Of a stretch of 40,029 bases of DNA, positions 9,620 through 19,996 are shown piece by piece. Source of the DNA: Candidatus Eiseniibacteriota bacterium (GTDB lineage: Bacteria > Eisenbacteria > RBG-16-71-46); NCBI GenBank assembly GCA_963725865.1, contig CAVSAC010000006.1, positions 1-40,029 of the forward strand, read 5' to 3'. Made by a program: the position numbers and the translations under genes. How positions within the stretch are numbered: position 1 is the stretch's first letter; every line of letters begins with the position of its first letter. Under the pieces are notes generated by a model. That model made no database searches. It was not told where the DNA came from and saw only the letters and a list, made by a program, of their open reading frames with translations.

Positions 9620-12286
9620 TCACATCGTGAAGTAGCGCGTCGCCTTCACCAGGAAGATGTTGCTCGACTTCGAATCGAGCAGGCGGTCGAACGAGCGCCG
9701 GATGCGGAAGTCGGAGATCAGCTGATCGTCGGTGCGCTCCTGCGTCCACACCAGGAACAGCGTCGAGCCCGGCAGGTACTCCCAGCGCAGCACCGCGTTC
9801 CCGCGCAGCGACTTGAAGTCGAAGTCGGGATCGCTGAACGAGAACGGCGCGCCGACCGTCGGCGTGACGCTCACCGTCCCGCCGCTGCGCACCGCCCCCG
9901 CGCCATAGTGGACGAAGTCGAACGTGCGCGGCTCCGCCAGCTCCTTGAAGTCCGCGAAGCGTCCGGTCGACACCAGCGGCTGCGCGAACAGCTGGAGCGT
10001 GAGACGCGGCGAGAACGCGCAGTTGAGCCGGATGTTCGCCAGCAGCGTGCGCTGGTCGAGCGTGCCGAACACGTAGCGATGACCGTACGTGGACGTCACC
10101 GCGGGATCGTCGGGCCCGCCCGAGACGTACTGCGCGCGCTCGCGGACGCGCTCGTAGCCCGGCCCCATGCTCAGCGCGATGTGGGAGACCGGCTTCCACT
10201 CCACGTACGGGTACACGCTCCAGGTGTACGAGCCGGCGGCGTCGCTGCTGGCGTTGCTCTCGACCTCGTAGGCGACCGCGTTCTTGAAGTTGGTCTGGAA
10301 GCGACCGTAGTACTCCTCCCCCTTGGGCATCCTCATCATCGGTCCGCCGCGCGTGCGCCGGTCGTCGAGGCCCGCGAAGACGTGATCGACGTTGACCTGC
10401 GACTCCCAGCCGTTCACCCAGGTGGTGCGGGTGCTGGCCCAGAGCCCGGTGACGGTCCGGTCACCATCGGGGTTCCAGCTCGAGAACACCGTCGCGAGCA
10501 CGTTGGTGTACTTGTGCAGGTGGTTGGTCTTGGTCCACTGGTAGCCGGTGCCGACGTGGGTGTTGAAGATGCTGCTGCGGCTCATGAATCCCATGTCGCT
10601 GACGTCGAAGCGCGGATCGATGTAGCCCGCCGCGGCGTTCAACAGCACGCTCCCGCTCTGCTTGTTGAGCCAGTAGCGGCTCACCCACCCGGTGAGCGAC
10701 GTGGCGTCCGGGTCGAGGCGGAAGTCGCTCGCGGTCGGGCCGCTGCAGGTAGTGCCGCGAGGATCCGCTGCAGCGCCAGTGATGCGAGCCGCGCGAGCCG
10801 TCGACGCGACTGACCGACGGTGTAGCCCGGAGCACCCACGTACTTCTTCGCGGTCGAGGAACATCCAGCCGTCCACGCCGGTCACAGCGAGCTGCGGTTC
10901 AGGTCGTCGCCCAGGCCGCCGTGCCGTCGAAGTCGCGCGCCACCACGGTGGTCATGAGGCCGAGCCCCTGGCGCGGTCCTTGAACTCCTTGAGCGCGTGC
11001 AGCACCCCGTAGTAGGTGAGCGGCTCGACCTCGGCGTCGCCGCGCGTCGCGCATCCAGGCTGGAAGTCGCGCCATCTCGCGTCCGGTGAGCGCGTGCAGC
11101 GTGCCGAAGTTGATGGTCGGGCGCGGCTGGCCGGTCACCTTGGCCGCGCCGAGGATGCGCGTCGCGACCGGCACGTCGGCGTACAGCGGTCGTCGGGCAG
11201 CCGGCCGCCCGGCGCGCGGCCGATGCGGCGCGAGTAGAAGAACGTCGGCTCCGGCCAGTTGAAGCCCCAGTAGTCGTTCGCGCCGTTGTTGCCGCAGCGG
11301 AAGTACCGACAGCGCCCTCGGTGAAGAACGGCCGCTTCTCCTCGAAGTAGGACTCGACGTCGGACAGGTTCACGACCGCCGGGTCGATCTCGACCTGGCC
11401 GAAGTCGGGGTTCACGGTCGCGTTGAGCGTCAGGTTCGAGCCGAGGCTCGTGCGCAGGTCGACGCCGGCCGTCGGCGTGAAGTCCGAGCCGTCGTGGAAC
11501 GGGTCGCTCGGCTCGTGGACGAGGTGCTCGGCTCTTGGCGGTCGTGTAGGGCAGCAGCTCGACCGATTGCGCACGGGCCGGATGCCGTCGAGCCCGACGA
11601 GAGTCGGGGAAGCGCGAGACGAAGCCGCTCTCGTCCGCGCGGCGTGTACGACCAGCTTGTCGTCCTCGTTGCGGCGCGAGATCACGCGGCTCGAAGTTGA
11701 TGCCCCAGACCGATGCTCGGCGCCGCTCGCGAAGCGCATCTGCGAGAACGGGATGCGCATCTCGGCGGTCCAGCCCTGCGCGTCGCGGTGCGACGCGGCC
11801 GCTCCACACGCCGTCCCACGAGTGCGTCGTCCCAGCCGTCGTTCATCAGCGTGCCGTCGAGCAGCGCGCCGGCGGCGGTGACGCACGAAGTAGTAGCCGG
11901 TGCGCCGGTCGCGGAACGGTGTCGAGGCAGAGTCAGGAACTGGTCCGAGCCGCTGACGTTGTCGCGGCGCGCGAGCCGCGCCACGATCGAGTCGGGTCGC
12001 GTGTCGCACATGCGCGCGCCGACGTAGAGCGCGTCGTCGTCGTACGCGACGCGCACCTCGGTGCGCTGCGAGGGCGGCTCGCCCTGCTGCGGACGGCTCG
12101 CGCTGGCGAAACTCGGTGACGGCGGTCGGCCTGGGCCCAGACCGCCTCTTCGAGCACGCCGTCCACGACGACCGGGCGGTCGAGGCGCACGGCGGTCAGG
12201 TGATGGCGCTCCGGGACGCTTTCGGGAGCCGCGGCCGCGGCGCTCGCGAGGAGGCCCATCGCGAGCATGGGGAGCAGGAGACGCAT
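9620..12286 (-). CDS. Large secreted CBM9-like / DUF5916 outer-membrane protein (many frameshifts)
   Basis: Signal peptide [106 protein letters not shown]. Confidence 0.8.
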
Positions 12287-12652
12287 GGGAGGAGCCCTCG
12301 GGTCGTGGGTCGACGGGTCCGCCCCCTTGGACGGACGGACCGCGCCGAATGTTGCAATCGAGTCGCGCCCGGTCGGTCGTTCGCTCGGGAAGAGCGCTGC
12401 GGCGCCCGGATCGGGGGTACGAGGTCCGGTCCGGAGCGCCGCGCTCCACGGGCCCGCGGATCCCGGTCGGATCGGACCGCTGGGCGACTGCGTGGATGGG
12501 CGGACTATCCCGCCTCCGCCGCGGGTCCCGCCACGACAAGGAGACCAGCGGCGCGCTTCGTGGCACCAGCGATGCGGAACCGCCGGCCAGTGCGGCCTCC
12601 CGACCCGCGCGGGACCGGTGCGGCGCACGGCCCCCGGGGGCCCGACGGCACG

Positions 12653-13579
12653 CTACGCCCCCCGCGCCAGCTCGGCCGCCAGCCGGGCGGCCACGCGCGC
12701 GTTGTTCAGCAGCAGCGCGAGGTTCGCGCGCACGCTCTCGCCGCCGGTGAGCGCGCGCATGCGCTCGAGCAGGAACGGCGTCACCGACGCGCCCGCGGAC
12801 GCCGCGCAGCGAGGCGTCCTGCAGCGCGGTGGCGAGCGCCTGCTCGTAGCAGCTCGCGCGGCATCTCGCCCTCGGCCGGCATCGGGTTGGCGACCAGCAC
12901 GCCGGTGCCCATGCCGAGCGCCAAGTGCGTGCGCACCGCCTCGGCCAGCGCCTCGACCGTGTCGAAGCCGCGGTCCACGCGGCAGGCCGCTCTCGCGCCG
13001 GTAGAACGCCGGGAACTCGCGTCGTGCCCAGGCCGTAGACCGGCACGCCGAGCGTCTCCAGCATCTCGACCGTGCGCGGCAGGTCGAGGATCGCCTTGGC
13101 CCCGGCGCACACGACCGCGACCGGGAAGGCGCGAGAGCGCGGTCAGGTCGGCGCTCACGTCGCCGCTTTCGGCCGGCGTCGCGGTGCACGCCGCCGATGC
13201 CGCCGGTCGCGAACACGCGCGATGCCGGCGCGGTGCGCGGCGAACATGGTCGCCGCGACGGTCGTCGAGCCGGCGCTCGCCGGCGGCGAGCACGGCCGCG
13301 AAGTTGCTGAGGTTGAGCTTGGCGACGCCGGGCGTGGTCGCGAGGCGCTCGAGCTCGGCCGCGCGTGATCCCGACGCGCACGCGGCCGTCGAGCACGCCG
13401 ATCGTCGCGGGCACGGCGCCGGACGCGCGCACCTCGGCCTCCAGCGCGAGCGCGGCCGTTCGACGCCCTCGGGGTGCGGCAGCCCGTGCGTGACGACCGT
13501 GGTCTCGAGCGCCACCACCGGGCGGTTCGCCGCCAGCGCCCGCGCCACCTTCGCGGGCCACGACGAAGCGATCGTTCAC
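12653..13579 (-). CDS. psuG: Pseudouridine-5'-phosphate glycosidase (frameshifted)
   Basis: [82 protein letters not shown]. Confidence 0.92.
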   Translation of the reverse strand: MNDRFVVAREGGAGAGGEPPGGGARDHGRHARAAAPRGRRTAALALEAEVRASGAVPATIGVLDGRVRVGITRGRARAPRDHARRRQAQPQQLRGRARRRRAPARRPSRRPCSPRTAPASRVFATGGIGGVHRDAGRKRRRERRPDRALAPSRSRSCAPGPRRSSTCRARSRCWRRSACRSTAWARREFPAFYRRESGLPRGPRLRHGRGAGRGGAHALGARHGHRRAGRQPDAGRGRDAARAATSRRSPPRCRTPRCAASAGASVTPFLLERMRALTGGESVRANLALLLNNARVAARLAAELARGA

Positions 13580-14509
13580 GCCGCGACCTCCTGCCGAACC
13601 ACTGCGCGCAGCCGGCGCGCCGCCACGTCGGGCGGCGTCGCCTCGAGCAGCGCCGGCCGGGCCCCAGTCCTCGATCGCGAAGCTCGGCGCTGACCACGCC
13701 GCGCCGCAGGCACGTCGTCGAGCGGCCGCCCGCGCAGCAGTGCCGGCGAGGAAGCCGGCCGCGAAGCGCGTCGCCCGCGCCGGTCGGATCCACGACGCCG
13801 TGCGTGCGCGCCGCCCACTCGTGCAGGCGGTCGGCGCGCACGTCGTAGAGCACGCCGCCCTTGAGCGCCGCGCTTGAACGCGACGTAGCGCAGCCGCCCG
13901 CCGGCGAGCCGGCGCAGCGCGGCGTGCGGGTCGGTCTGCGCGTCGTCGAGCCGCAGCTCGTCCTCGCTCGGGAAGAACACGTCCGCGTGCGCGAGCACCT
14001 CGCGCCAGCGCGGCAGCGATGTCCTCGGTGACGAGCTCGTGCGGGTCGATGCGAGATCAGCGGGCGCCTCCGGCGCCCAGGTACTCGCACCAGCCGCGCC
14101 TGCACCTGCGATCGGCATCGGGCGCGAGGTGGAACGCGCGCGCGCGCGCGCCAGGCGTCGGGCACGTCCTCGGGCCGCGGCGAGACCTCCTCGTGCGTCG
14201 GGCAGCCGAGGCGGTGCACGACGCGGCGGACGCGGCCCTCGTAGAGGAGCCACGTGCGCACGCCGGGGCGGCCCAGCGGCCGCATGCCGTCGAGAGGCCA
14301 CGCCGCGCGCGGCGAGCTGCTCGAGCGCGCGCCTCGGGGTAGTCGTCGCCCGCGCAGGCTCACGCAGCCGACCTCGCGCCCCCACAGCGCGCGCGGCGAG
14401 CGACGGCGTAGAGCATCGCGCCGCCCGGCTGGCCCATGCGCGTGCGGCCGTCGGGGAACACGAGGTCGTCCACGAGCAGGTTGCCGAGCAGGACCAGGTC
14501 GGGGCTCAT
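13576..14509 (-). CDS. PfkB family carbohydrate/nucleoside kinase, probable pseudouridine kinase (frameshifted)
   Basis: [16 protein letters not shown]...[27 protein letters not shown] (PfkB signature); overlaps the psuG start. Confidence 0.8.
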
Positions 14510-15340
14510 CGCGCGCGTCGCCGCAGCGCTCGACGAACGCGCGCGCCACCGCGCGCACGCGGTCGCGGTCGAGCGCGTTCGACCACACGCCGCCCTGCTT
14601 GACCGACGAGCCGACGATGAAGCCGTCCGCGGCGGCGTAGCGGGCGAGGTTGGCCGGGCGTCGAGCCCCGAGCCCACCAGCACCGGCAGTCGCACCGCGC
14701 CGGCGACGGCCTCGACCTCGCCGGGCTCGGCGGGCTCGCCGGTCGCGGTGCCGGTCACGATCACGCCGTCGGCGAGGAAGAACTCGGCCGCCCTCGCGGT
14801 CTCGGCCAGCGTCGACGTCGGCGGTGATGGCGTGCGAGGAGTGCTTCTTCTTGATGTCGGCGAAGACGCGCACGCGCTCGGCGCCGATCGCGCGCCGGTA
14901 GCGCAGCAGCTCGCCCGCGTCGGACTCGATCAGTCCCTCGTCGGCGACGTGCGCGAACACGAAGCCCTCGACGCGCACGAACTCGGCGCCGCACGCGTGC
15001 GCCACCGCGATCGCCTCGCGGTTGGCGCCCGCCAGCACCTGCACGCCGAGCGGCAGCGCGATCTCGCGCTTCACCTCGCGGCCCGATCGCGGTCATCGCC
15101 GCGACGATCTCGGGACCGACCGCGCGGCGCAGGTACGGGCGGTCGTGCATGTTCTCGATCATGAGCGCGGTGAAGCCGGCGTCGCGGTAGACGCGCGCCT
15201 CGGCGACCGCGTCGCTCGACGAGCTTGTCGACGGCGTGGTGCGCGGCCGGCGTGCCGGGCAGCGCGCCGACGTGGATCATGCCGATGAGCGCGCGCGGCG
15301 CGCCGAACAGCGTGGTCATGGTGGTGCGACGGTCGGACAT
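14506..15340 (-). CDS. BtpA/SgcQ family TIM-barrel protein (frameshifted)
   Basis: LIGMIHVGALPGTP, MIENMHDRPY, FVRVEGFVFAHVADEG, FADIKKKHSSHA, IVTGTATG, DGFIVGSSVK. Confidence 0.88.
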
Positions 15341-15556
15341 GGCGAGGCTCCGGGATGGGACGCGGGGATCGCGTTCGGACTCTAGCGCAGCGGCCGCACG
15401 CGCGCACGGAGGCGCGCCCGGGCCTCGCGCGGGTCGCCGGCCGCGTCCTCGCGCCGGTCTTGGAGGCGCCGCGGCACTCGACTAGAGTCCTCGCCGCACG
15501 AGGGCGGGACCCGCGTGGACCCCGGCTCTCGACCGCTTCAGGCCCGGAGGTGTCCC

Positions 15557-16207
15557 ATGTCACCGCTTCGACCCCGTCCCGCGCTCGCCCGCCTGCGGTC
15601 CGTGTCGCTCCTGCTGCCGGCTCTCGCCGCGGTGCTCTCGGGCTGCGCGACGTCGGGGCTGACGGACCAGTGGCGCGATACGCAGTACCGCGGCGGCGCG
15701 CTGACCAAGGTGCTCGTGATCGCGGTCACGCCCGCTGCGTCGCGGCGCCGCATGCTGGAGGACGCATTCGTGAGCGCCCTCGGCAGGCACGGGGCGACGG
15801 CGACACCGTCGTACCGGCTGTTCGAGGCCGCGACCCCCGACACCCAGGAGGTCATCGAGGCGGTGCGCGCCAACGGCTTCGACGGCGTGCTGGTGGCCTC
15901 GAAGATGACGACTCTCGTGGACCGTCGCGAGGTCCGGGGCTACACCAGCGCGGAGGAGCGCGGGCGCTTCAACCCGTGGACGCAGCGCTACCACGCGTAC
16001 CTCGTCGAGGTCCGGCATCCGGGCTACACCGAGACCGAACGGGTGGTGCGCCACCGCGTCGACGTGTGGACCACCCGGGACGGCGGCACGCTGTTGTGGA
16101 CCGCGGTCGGGAGCAGCGTCGATCCGGCCTCGGGCACCCAGATCGACCGGGAGATCACCGCGCACGTGATTCCGCAGCTGATCCACGCGGGCGTGCTCAC
16201 GAAGTAG
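15557..16207 (+). CDS. Putative lipoprotein
   Basis: Lipobox LSG-C after a hydrophobic stretch; GGAGG RBS; clean 216-aa ORF. Confidence 0.7.
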   Translation: MSPLRPRPALARLRSVSLLLPALAAVLSGCATSGLTDQWRDTQYRGGALTKVLVIAVTPAASRRRMLEDAFVSALGRHGATATPSYRLFEAATPDTQEVIEAVRANGFDGVLVASKMTTLVDRREVRGYTSAEERGRFNPWTQRYHAYLVEVRHPGYTETERVVRHRVDVWTTRDGGTLLWTAVGSSVDPASGTQIDREITAHVIPQLIHAGVLTK

Positions 16208-16234
16208 TCGAGGGACGGCGCGGCGCGCGGGGAT

Positions 16235-16507
16235 TCAGAGCCGCGGGCGCATCGTCGCCTGCGCCTCGGCCGAGGAGATCACCGGCGCCACCTCGTACTC
16301 CACCAGGTCGCTCCACGCCGCCATCCACTCGTCCAGCAGCGCGCGGTCGGCGCACTCCATGACCTGGTAGCAGTGCTTCAGGTCCGGCGTGACCCAGCTG
16401 TCGACGTAGCGCAGCCCCTCGGACGCGAGCCGCCCGCGGTCACGGAATCGACGGTAGACCGGTACCGGGTCACCGCCTCGGAAGTGCTCGATGATCATGT
16501 AGAGCAT
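16235..16507 (-). CDS. DUF3303-like small protein
   Basis: MLYMIIEHF...GLRYVDSWV...CYQVMEC...WSDLVEYEVAPV. Confidence 0.75.
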   Translation of the reverse strand: MLYMIIEHFRGGDPVPVYRRFRDRGRLASEGLRYVDSWVTPDLKHCYQVMECADRALLDEWMAAWSDLVEYEVAPVISSAEAQATMRPRL

Positions 16508-16615
16508 GGGGGCCTCGGGGATCGGTGAGGATCGCACGGCGCGCGCCTGAGCCCGCGCCGTGCGTCCATCGCTCACCGGAGCGGAGGGCCCCGGTGGGGG
16601 CTCGACCATTGCGCG

Positions 16616-16774
16616 CTACGGCGCCATCGCACACGACGCACCGCAGCATCCTTCGCAGGACGTGCAGCAGCCGAGCGGACAGCCGTCCTGGGCGCTCGAG
16701 GTGTCGCCCGCCATCGCGAGCGAGCCGAGCGAGAGCAGGCCGAGGATCGCCATGACCAACATGCTTCGCTTCAT
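16616..16774 (-). CDS. 52-aa secreted Cys-rich peptide
   Basis: MKRSMLVMAILGLLSLGSLAMA-GDTSSAQDGCPLGCCTSCEGCCGASCAMAP; AGGAG RBS upstream; signal peptide with AMA cleavage site. Confidence 0.7.
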   Translation of the reverse strand: MKRSMLVMAILGLLSLGSLAMAGDTSSAQDGCPLGCCTSCEGCCGASCAMAP

Positions 16775-16854
16775 GATGACGACTCCTGGTTTGATGTGAT
16801 CGCAGTCCGCACCGCGGCGGAGCCGGGTGCGGCACCCACGAACGAACGGAGCGG

Positions 16855-17403
16855 TCAGGCGAGCGGCGGAGCCCGCGCCAGCGGCGGGGCGTGCGGCGCG
16901 GCCAGGACGGGCGAGCGCAGCCGGTCCGGCTCGAGGCGCACCGCGGTGCGCGTGCGCGACTGCGGGTCGAGGTACGCCTCCTGGATCGCGAGCAGCGGCG
17001 CGCTCGCCGGGGACGGCAGCTCGAGCTGCCGCACGAGCAGTGCGTTGACCGGAGGATGGATGCACCAGGCTCGATCGCCCGGCGGGGCCGGACCGGACGC
17101 GGGATCGCAGGGGCGCGCGCATCCATCGTTCGTCGCCGCGCACGCCGTCACCGCCGGAGTGCACGCGATGCCGAGTCCGCGCACCGCGGCTTCCGCGCGC
17201 TCGGCCGTGCGACACGACGCCGCGCCGGGAGCGGCCTCGCAGGCGATGGGAGCGGCGCCGTGGCCGGACGCCGCCGCGGTCGCGCAGTGGGCGCGGCACT
17301 GCTCCCACGTGATCGAGCACCATTCGATCCCGGGCAGCGCCGTCCAGAGCGCGAGCCCGAGGGCGAACGGCGCCGCTCGGCGTATGCCGGTGGGATCGAT
17401 CAT
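16855..17403 (-). CDS. Cys-rich leader-type protein ending in a RAPP motif (DUF2946/CutF/CruR-like)
   Basis: N-terminal hydrophobic segment, 10 Cys, low-complexity linker, C-terminus ...PHAPPLARAPPLA-stop. Confidence 0.6.
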   Translation of the reverse strand: MIDPTGIRRAAPFALGLALWTALPGIEWCSITWEQCRAHCATAAASGHGAAPIACEAAPGAASCRTAERAEAAVRGLGIACTPAVTACAATNDGCARPCDPASGPAPPGDRAWCIHPPVNALLVRQLELPSPASAPLLAIQEAYLDPQSRTRTAVRLEPDRLRSPVLAAPHAPPLARAPPLA

Positions 17404-17460
17404 GCGAGGAGTCTCGCGCAACCGGGCCCGTCGAGGTGTCCAAGACGGGCAAACAGATCG

Positions 17461-18321
17461 TTACTCCGGTTGCGAAGCGGCGACGGGCAGGAACGGCTCG
17501 TACATCATCAGCGCGTGGTTCTCGGTCACCAGTGCCTCGGAGACGGCGTCGCTTCCCTCACGATGCTCGAGGCGCCAGAGCTGGTTGTGCCGCACCCACG
17601 TCCGCGGCCCCTCGTGGGTCACCCGATGGGCGCGCTCCACGATCTCGTAGCGCGAGCGCAGGGGCTCGGTCGATGTCCACGTTCCGACCAGCTCGGTGTC
17701 CGTCACCGCCACCGTGAGGCGGAACGGCACCAGGGTCCGGTTCTCGATCTGCAGGTCGAGCGCCGGCCACGCGCAGGTCGCCCCGCTGCCGAACGGCAGC
17801 GCGCGCTGGGCGTCGGGGAAGACGTCGTAGCTGTGGCGCCAGCGCTCCACCACCGTGAGGGGCGTGTGCAGCGTCATCCAGTGGAGCAGGTTGGTCATCT
17901 GGCACAGGCCGCCGCCCACGCCGGCGATGACCCGGCCGTGGTCGAGCACCATGCCGTCGAGGAAGCCGCGCCGGCGGGTCGGAGCGCCGACCTCGCGCCA
18001 GAAGGACAGCCGCACGCCCGGCTCGAGCACCACCCCGTCGAGCCGCGCGGCGGCGATGCGCAGATTGGTGACCTTGTTGCGCTGGAGCCCGACGTCGAGG
18101 CCGACGAGCGGCCGGAACAGCGGCGAGGCATGTCGCGCCACTTCGAAAGGGAACGCGCGGACGGTGTCGCGGCGCACGCCGAAGTGGACGCGCGGATCGC
18201 GCCACTGCAGCTCGCGCCGGACCTGGTGGTACGCCGGCCCCAGGACGCGGCGGGCGACGAGGCGCAGCGGACCTCCGCGTCCGGGACGACCGCCCGCGAT
18301 GCCGCTCACGTCACCGCGCAT
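17461..18321 (-). CDS. VanW family protein
   Basis: QRNKVTNLRIAA, SFWREVG, GVGGGLCQMTNLLHW, ERWRHSYDVFPD, PFGSGAT. Confidence 0.85.
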   Translation of the reverse strand: MRGDVSGIAGGRPGRGGPLRLVARRVLGPAYHQVRRELQWRDPRVHFGVRRDTVRAFPFEVARHASPLFRPLVGLDVGLQRNKVTNLRIAAARLDGVVLEPGVRLSFWREVGAPTRRRGFLDGMVLDHGRVIAGVGGGLCQMTNLLHWMTLHTPLTVVERWRHSYDVFPDAQRALPFGSGATCAWPALDLQIENRTLVPFRLTVAVTDTELVGTWTSTEPLRSRYEIVERAHRVTHEGPRTWVRHNQLWRLEHREGSDAVSEALVTENHALMMYEPFLPVAASQPE

Positions 18322-18498
18322 CGATGCCTCCGATCACGCGCGGGGGAGGGCCCCGGCGAGTCAGCCCGGGATGAGGCGCGTCGCTCGAGCAGCGTCTTCG
18401 CGTGCCCGAGCGTGCGCGGCCCGCAGGTGGTCCTGCGCCAGGCCGGATCCGCGCGGAGGCTCGTTCCCCGCGAGCGGCCTGGAGTCCCGTCATCGGAT

Positions 18499-18783
18499 TC
18501 AGTATCCCATGGTCTCCGCGATCTCGACGATCCGTGCCTGCGGGTTCGTCATGATCCTGCCCTCGACCCGGCCCCACACGACGCGCATCGCGGCGAGCAG
18601 AGCCTCCGCCTGGCTCGCGGTGTCGAATTCGAGATCGATCATGACGAAGCGCGCGTCGTCGATCGGCCGCAGGACGCGATAGCGGCGCACCCCCGACTGC
18701 TTCCGGCCGACGGGATCGCTGTCGAACGCCCGCTTCCAGCCGTCGAAATCAGGGACCGGATGCTCGATCCGCAACATGTACAT
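18499..18783 (-). CDS. Small conserved hypothetical protein (dimeric alpha-beta barrel-like)
   Basis: MYMLRIEHPVPDFDGWKRAFDSDP...VMIDLEFDT; GGAGG RBS. Confidence 0.7.
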   Translation of the reverse strand: MYMLRIEHPVPDFDGWKRAFDSDPVGRKQSGVRRYRVLRPIDDARFVMIDLEFDTASQAEALLAAMRVVWGRVEGRIMTNPQARIVEIAETMGY

Positions 18784-18829
18784 CTCGACGCCTCCGCATG
18801 GGGGATGGATCCGCGACTGCGGCCGACTC

Positions 18830-19018
18830 CTAGGACTCGCGGCGACGCTCGAGCCAGAGCAGGCGGAACGCCCACAGGCAGAGCGCCGCCGCTGCAGCCG
18901 TGATGAGAACGTACCAGGGCTCCTTCACCAGGTGCGGCCCTTCTTCGATCACCCGCCAGATGTGGGCCAGGGTGAGCAGGCCGAATACCGCACCGGTGGT
19001 CACGACGTAAGCCTTCAT
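18830..19018 (-). CDS. Small 2-TM membrane protein
   Basis: MKAYVVTTGAVFGLLTLAHIWR...WYVLITAAAAALCLWAFRLL; GGAGG RBS. Confidence 0.7.
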   Translation of the reverse strand: MKAYVVTTGAVFGLLTLAHIWRVIEEGPHLVKEPWYVLITAAAAALCLWAFRLLWLERRRES

Positions 19019-19134
19019 GGGATCGCCTCCGATTGCGGCCGGGTCCTGTACTGCGGCCAGGTTCCCGACGAGGATCGCCCAGCGCGGCTCGGACTCCACG
19101 TCAGGGGGCGGGCCGATGGATGGCCCGTCCGCGC

Positions 19135-19812
19135 TCAGCCGAACGAGTCGGCGCTCGGGTCCCAGAACTCCCCTTCGAGGCCGATGCCCGCGAAGATGCC
19201 ACGCATCTCTCCGGCGGCCGGACGCCGGGAGTCCGATCGCAGCCGCGTCGCGTACCAGGTGACTGCCATGTGCCACAGCTGATCCATGCGGACGATCGGA
19301 TTCGGCGTGACTCCTCGCGCACGACACCACTCCGCGATCCGTTCCTCCGACCGGAAGAAGAGCATCGTGCTTCAGGTGTAGACGATATCGGTCCACCAGC
19401 GCGCCGCCGGCACGAGGCAGTGGAACAACCACTCCGACGGCTCGGGTCCGTCGTTGCCGATGGCCAGCACGAGCGGCTCGAGGCTCTGCTCGCAGCGCGA
19501 GCGGACGAGCCCCGGCCGACGCAGGGCCGCGGGGATCCCCAGGGCATCCCAGGCGCAGTTGGCGTGGTACATGACGCCGTCGACGATGACCTCGTGCTGG
19601 GTGGGGACACCGGAGAAGGGCGGCGCCATGCGGATGGTCCTCCCATCCGGCTCGAGCACCAGCAGCCGACTCGCGGCCAGGCGTGCGTAGGACTGGAGGA
19701 CCGTCCCGGGCTGTGCGCCGACCTCCCGCGCGACCTCGTCGAGCCGCGGGGGAGTGCCGGTTTCGGACGTCGCGCGGTAGATGGCGACCTTGACCGAGAT
19801 GTCGATGTCCAT
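19135..19812 (-). CDS. MerB-like organometallic (alkylmercury) lyase with an in-frame UGA; probable selenoprotein (225 aa, Sec147)
   Basis: ORFs 19372-19812 and 19135-19365 are in the same frame, joined by ...WWTDIVYT-TGA-STMLFFRSEE; N-terminal HTH-like region, PFSGVPTQH, ANCAWDAL (Cys-x-x-Asp), SRCEQS. Confidence 0.8.
19342..19359 (-). other. Candidate bacterial SECIS hairpin
   Basis: mRNA UGA-AGCACGAUGCUC-UUCUUCC-GGUC-GGAGGAA: 7-bp stem (one G-U), G-starting tetraloop 19 nt after the UGA. Confidence 0.65.
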
Positions 19813-19996
19813 GCGTGTCCTCGCGGCGGGCGTCCGGCGCTTTCCGAGCCACCGAGCTCAGCAACGCCGCGTGAGGCTGGAGGAACTCCGATCCAAGGCG
19901 GTGCGAGCATAGCGACGCATGGCCCGGCTCGACAGCGGAATCCGGAAGCCGAAGGAGTCGCGACGCTCGACGGCGGCCGCATGGCGTCGGGTCACA

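Noticed and set aside
5469..15340. Mass pseudogenisation or programmed frameshifting of recQ, mqnE, psuG and others (also ubiD, ubiX, the TonB receptor and lexA)
   Set aside because: Indels cluster in patches and hit many unrelated conserved genes while motifs stay intact and premature stops are rare; this is best explained as unpolished long-read errors
16616..16774. RiPP (ranthipeptide/sactipeptide) precursor
   Set aside because: It has a Sec-type signal peptide and no adjacent SPASM radical SAM or transporter; the two radical SAM genes in the window are MqnE and SPL-like
17461..18321. Vancomycin resistance cluster
   Set aside because: VanW-family gene is solitary; no vanHAX or vanRS nearby
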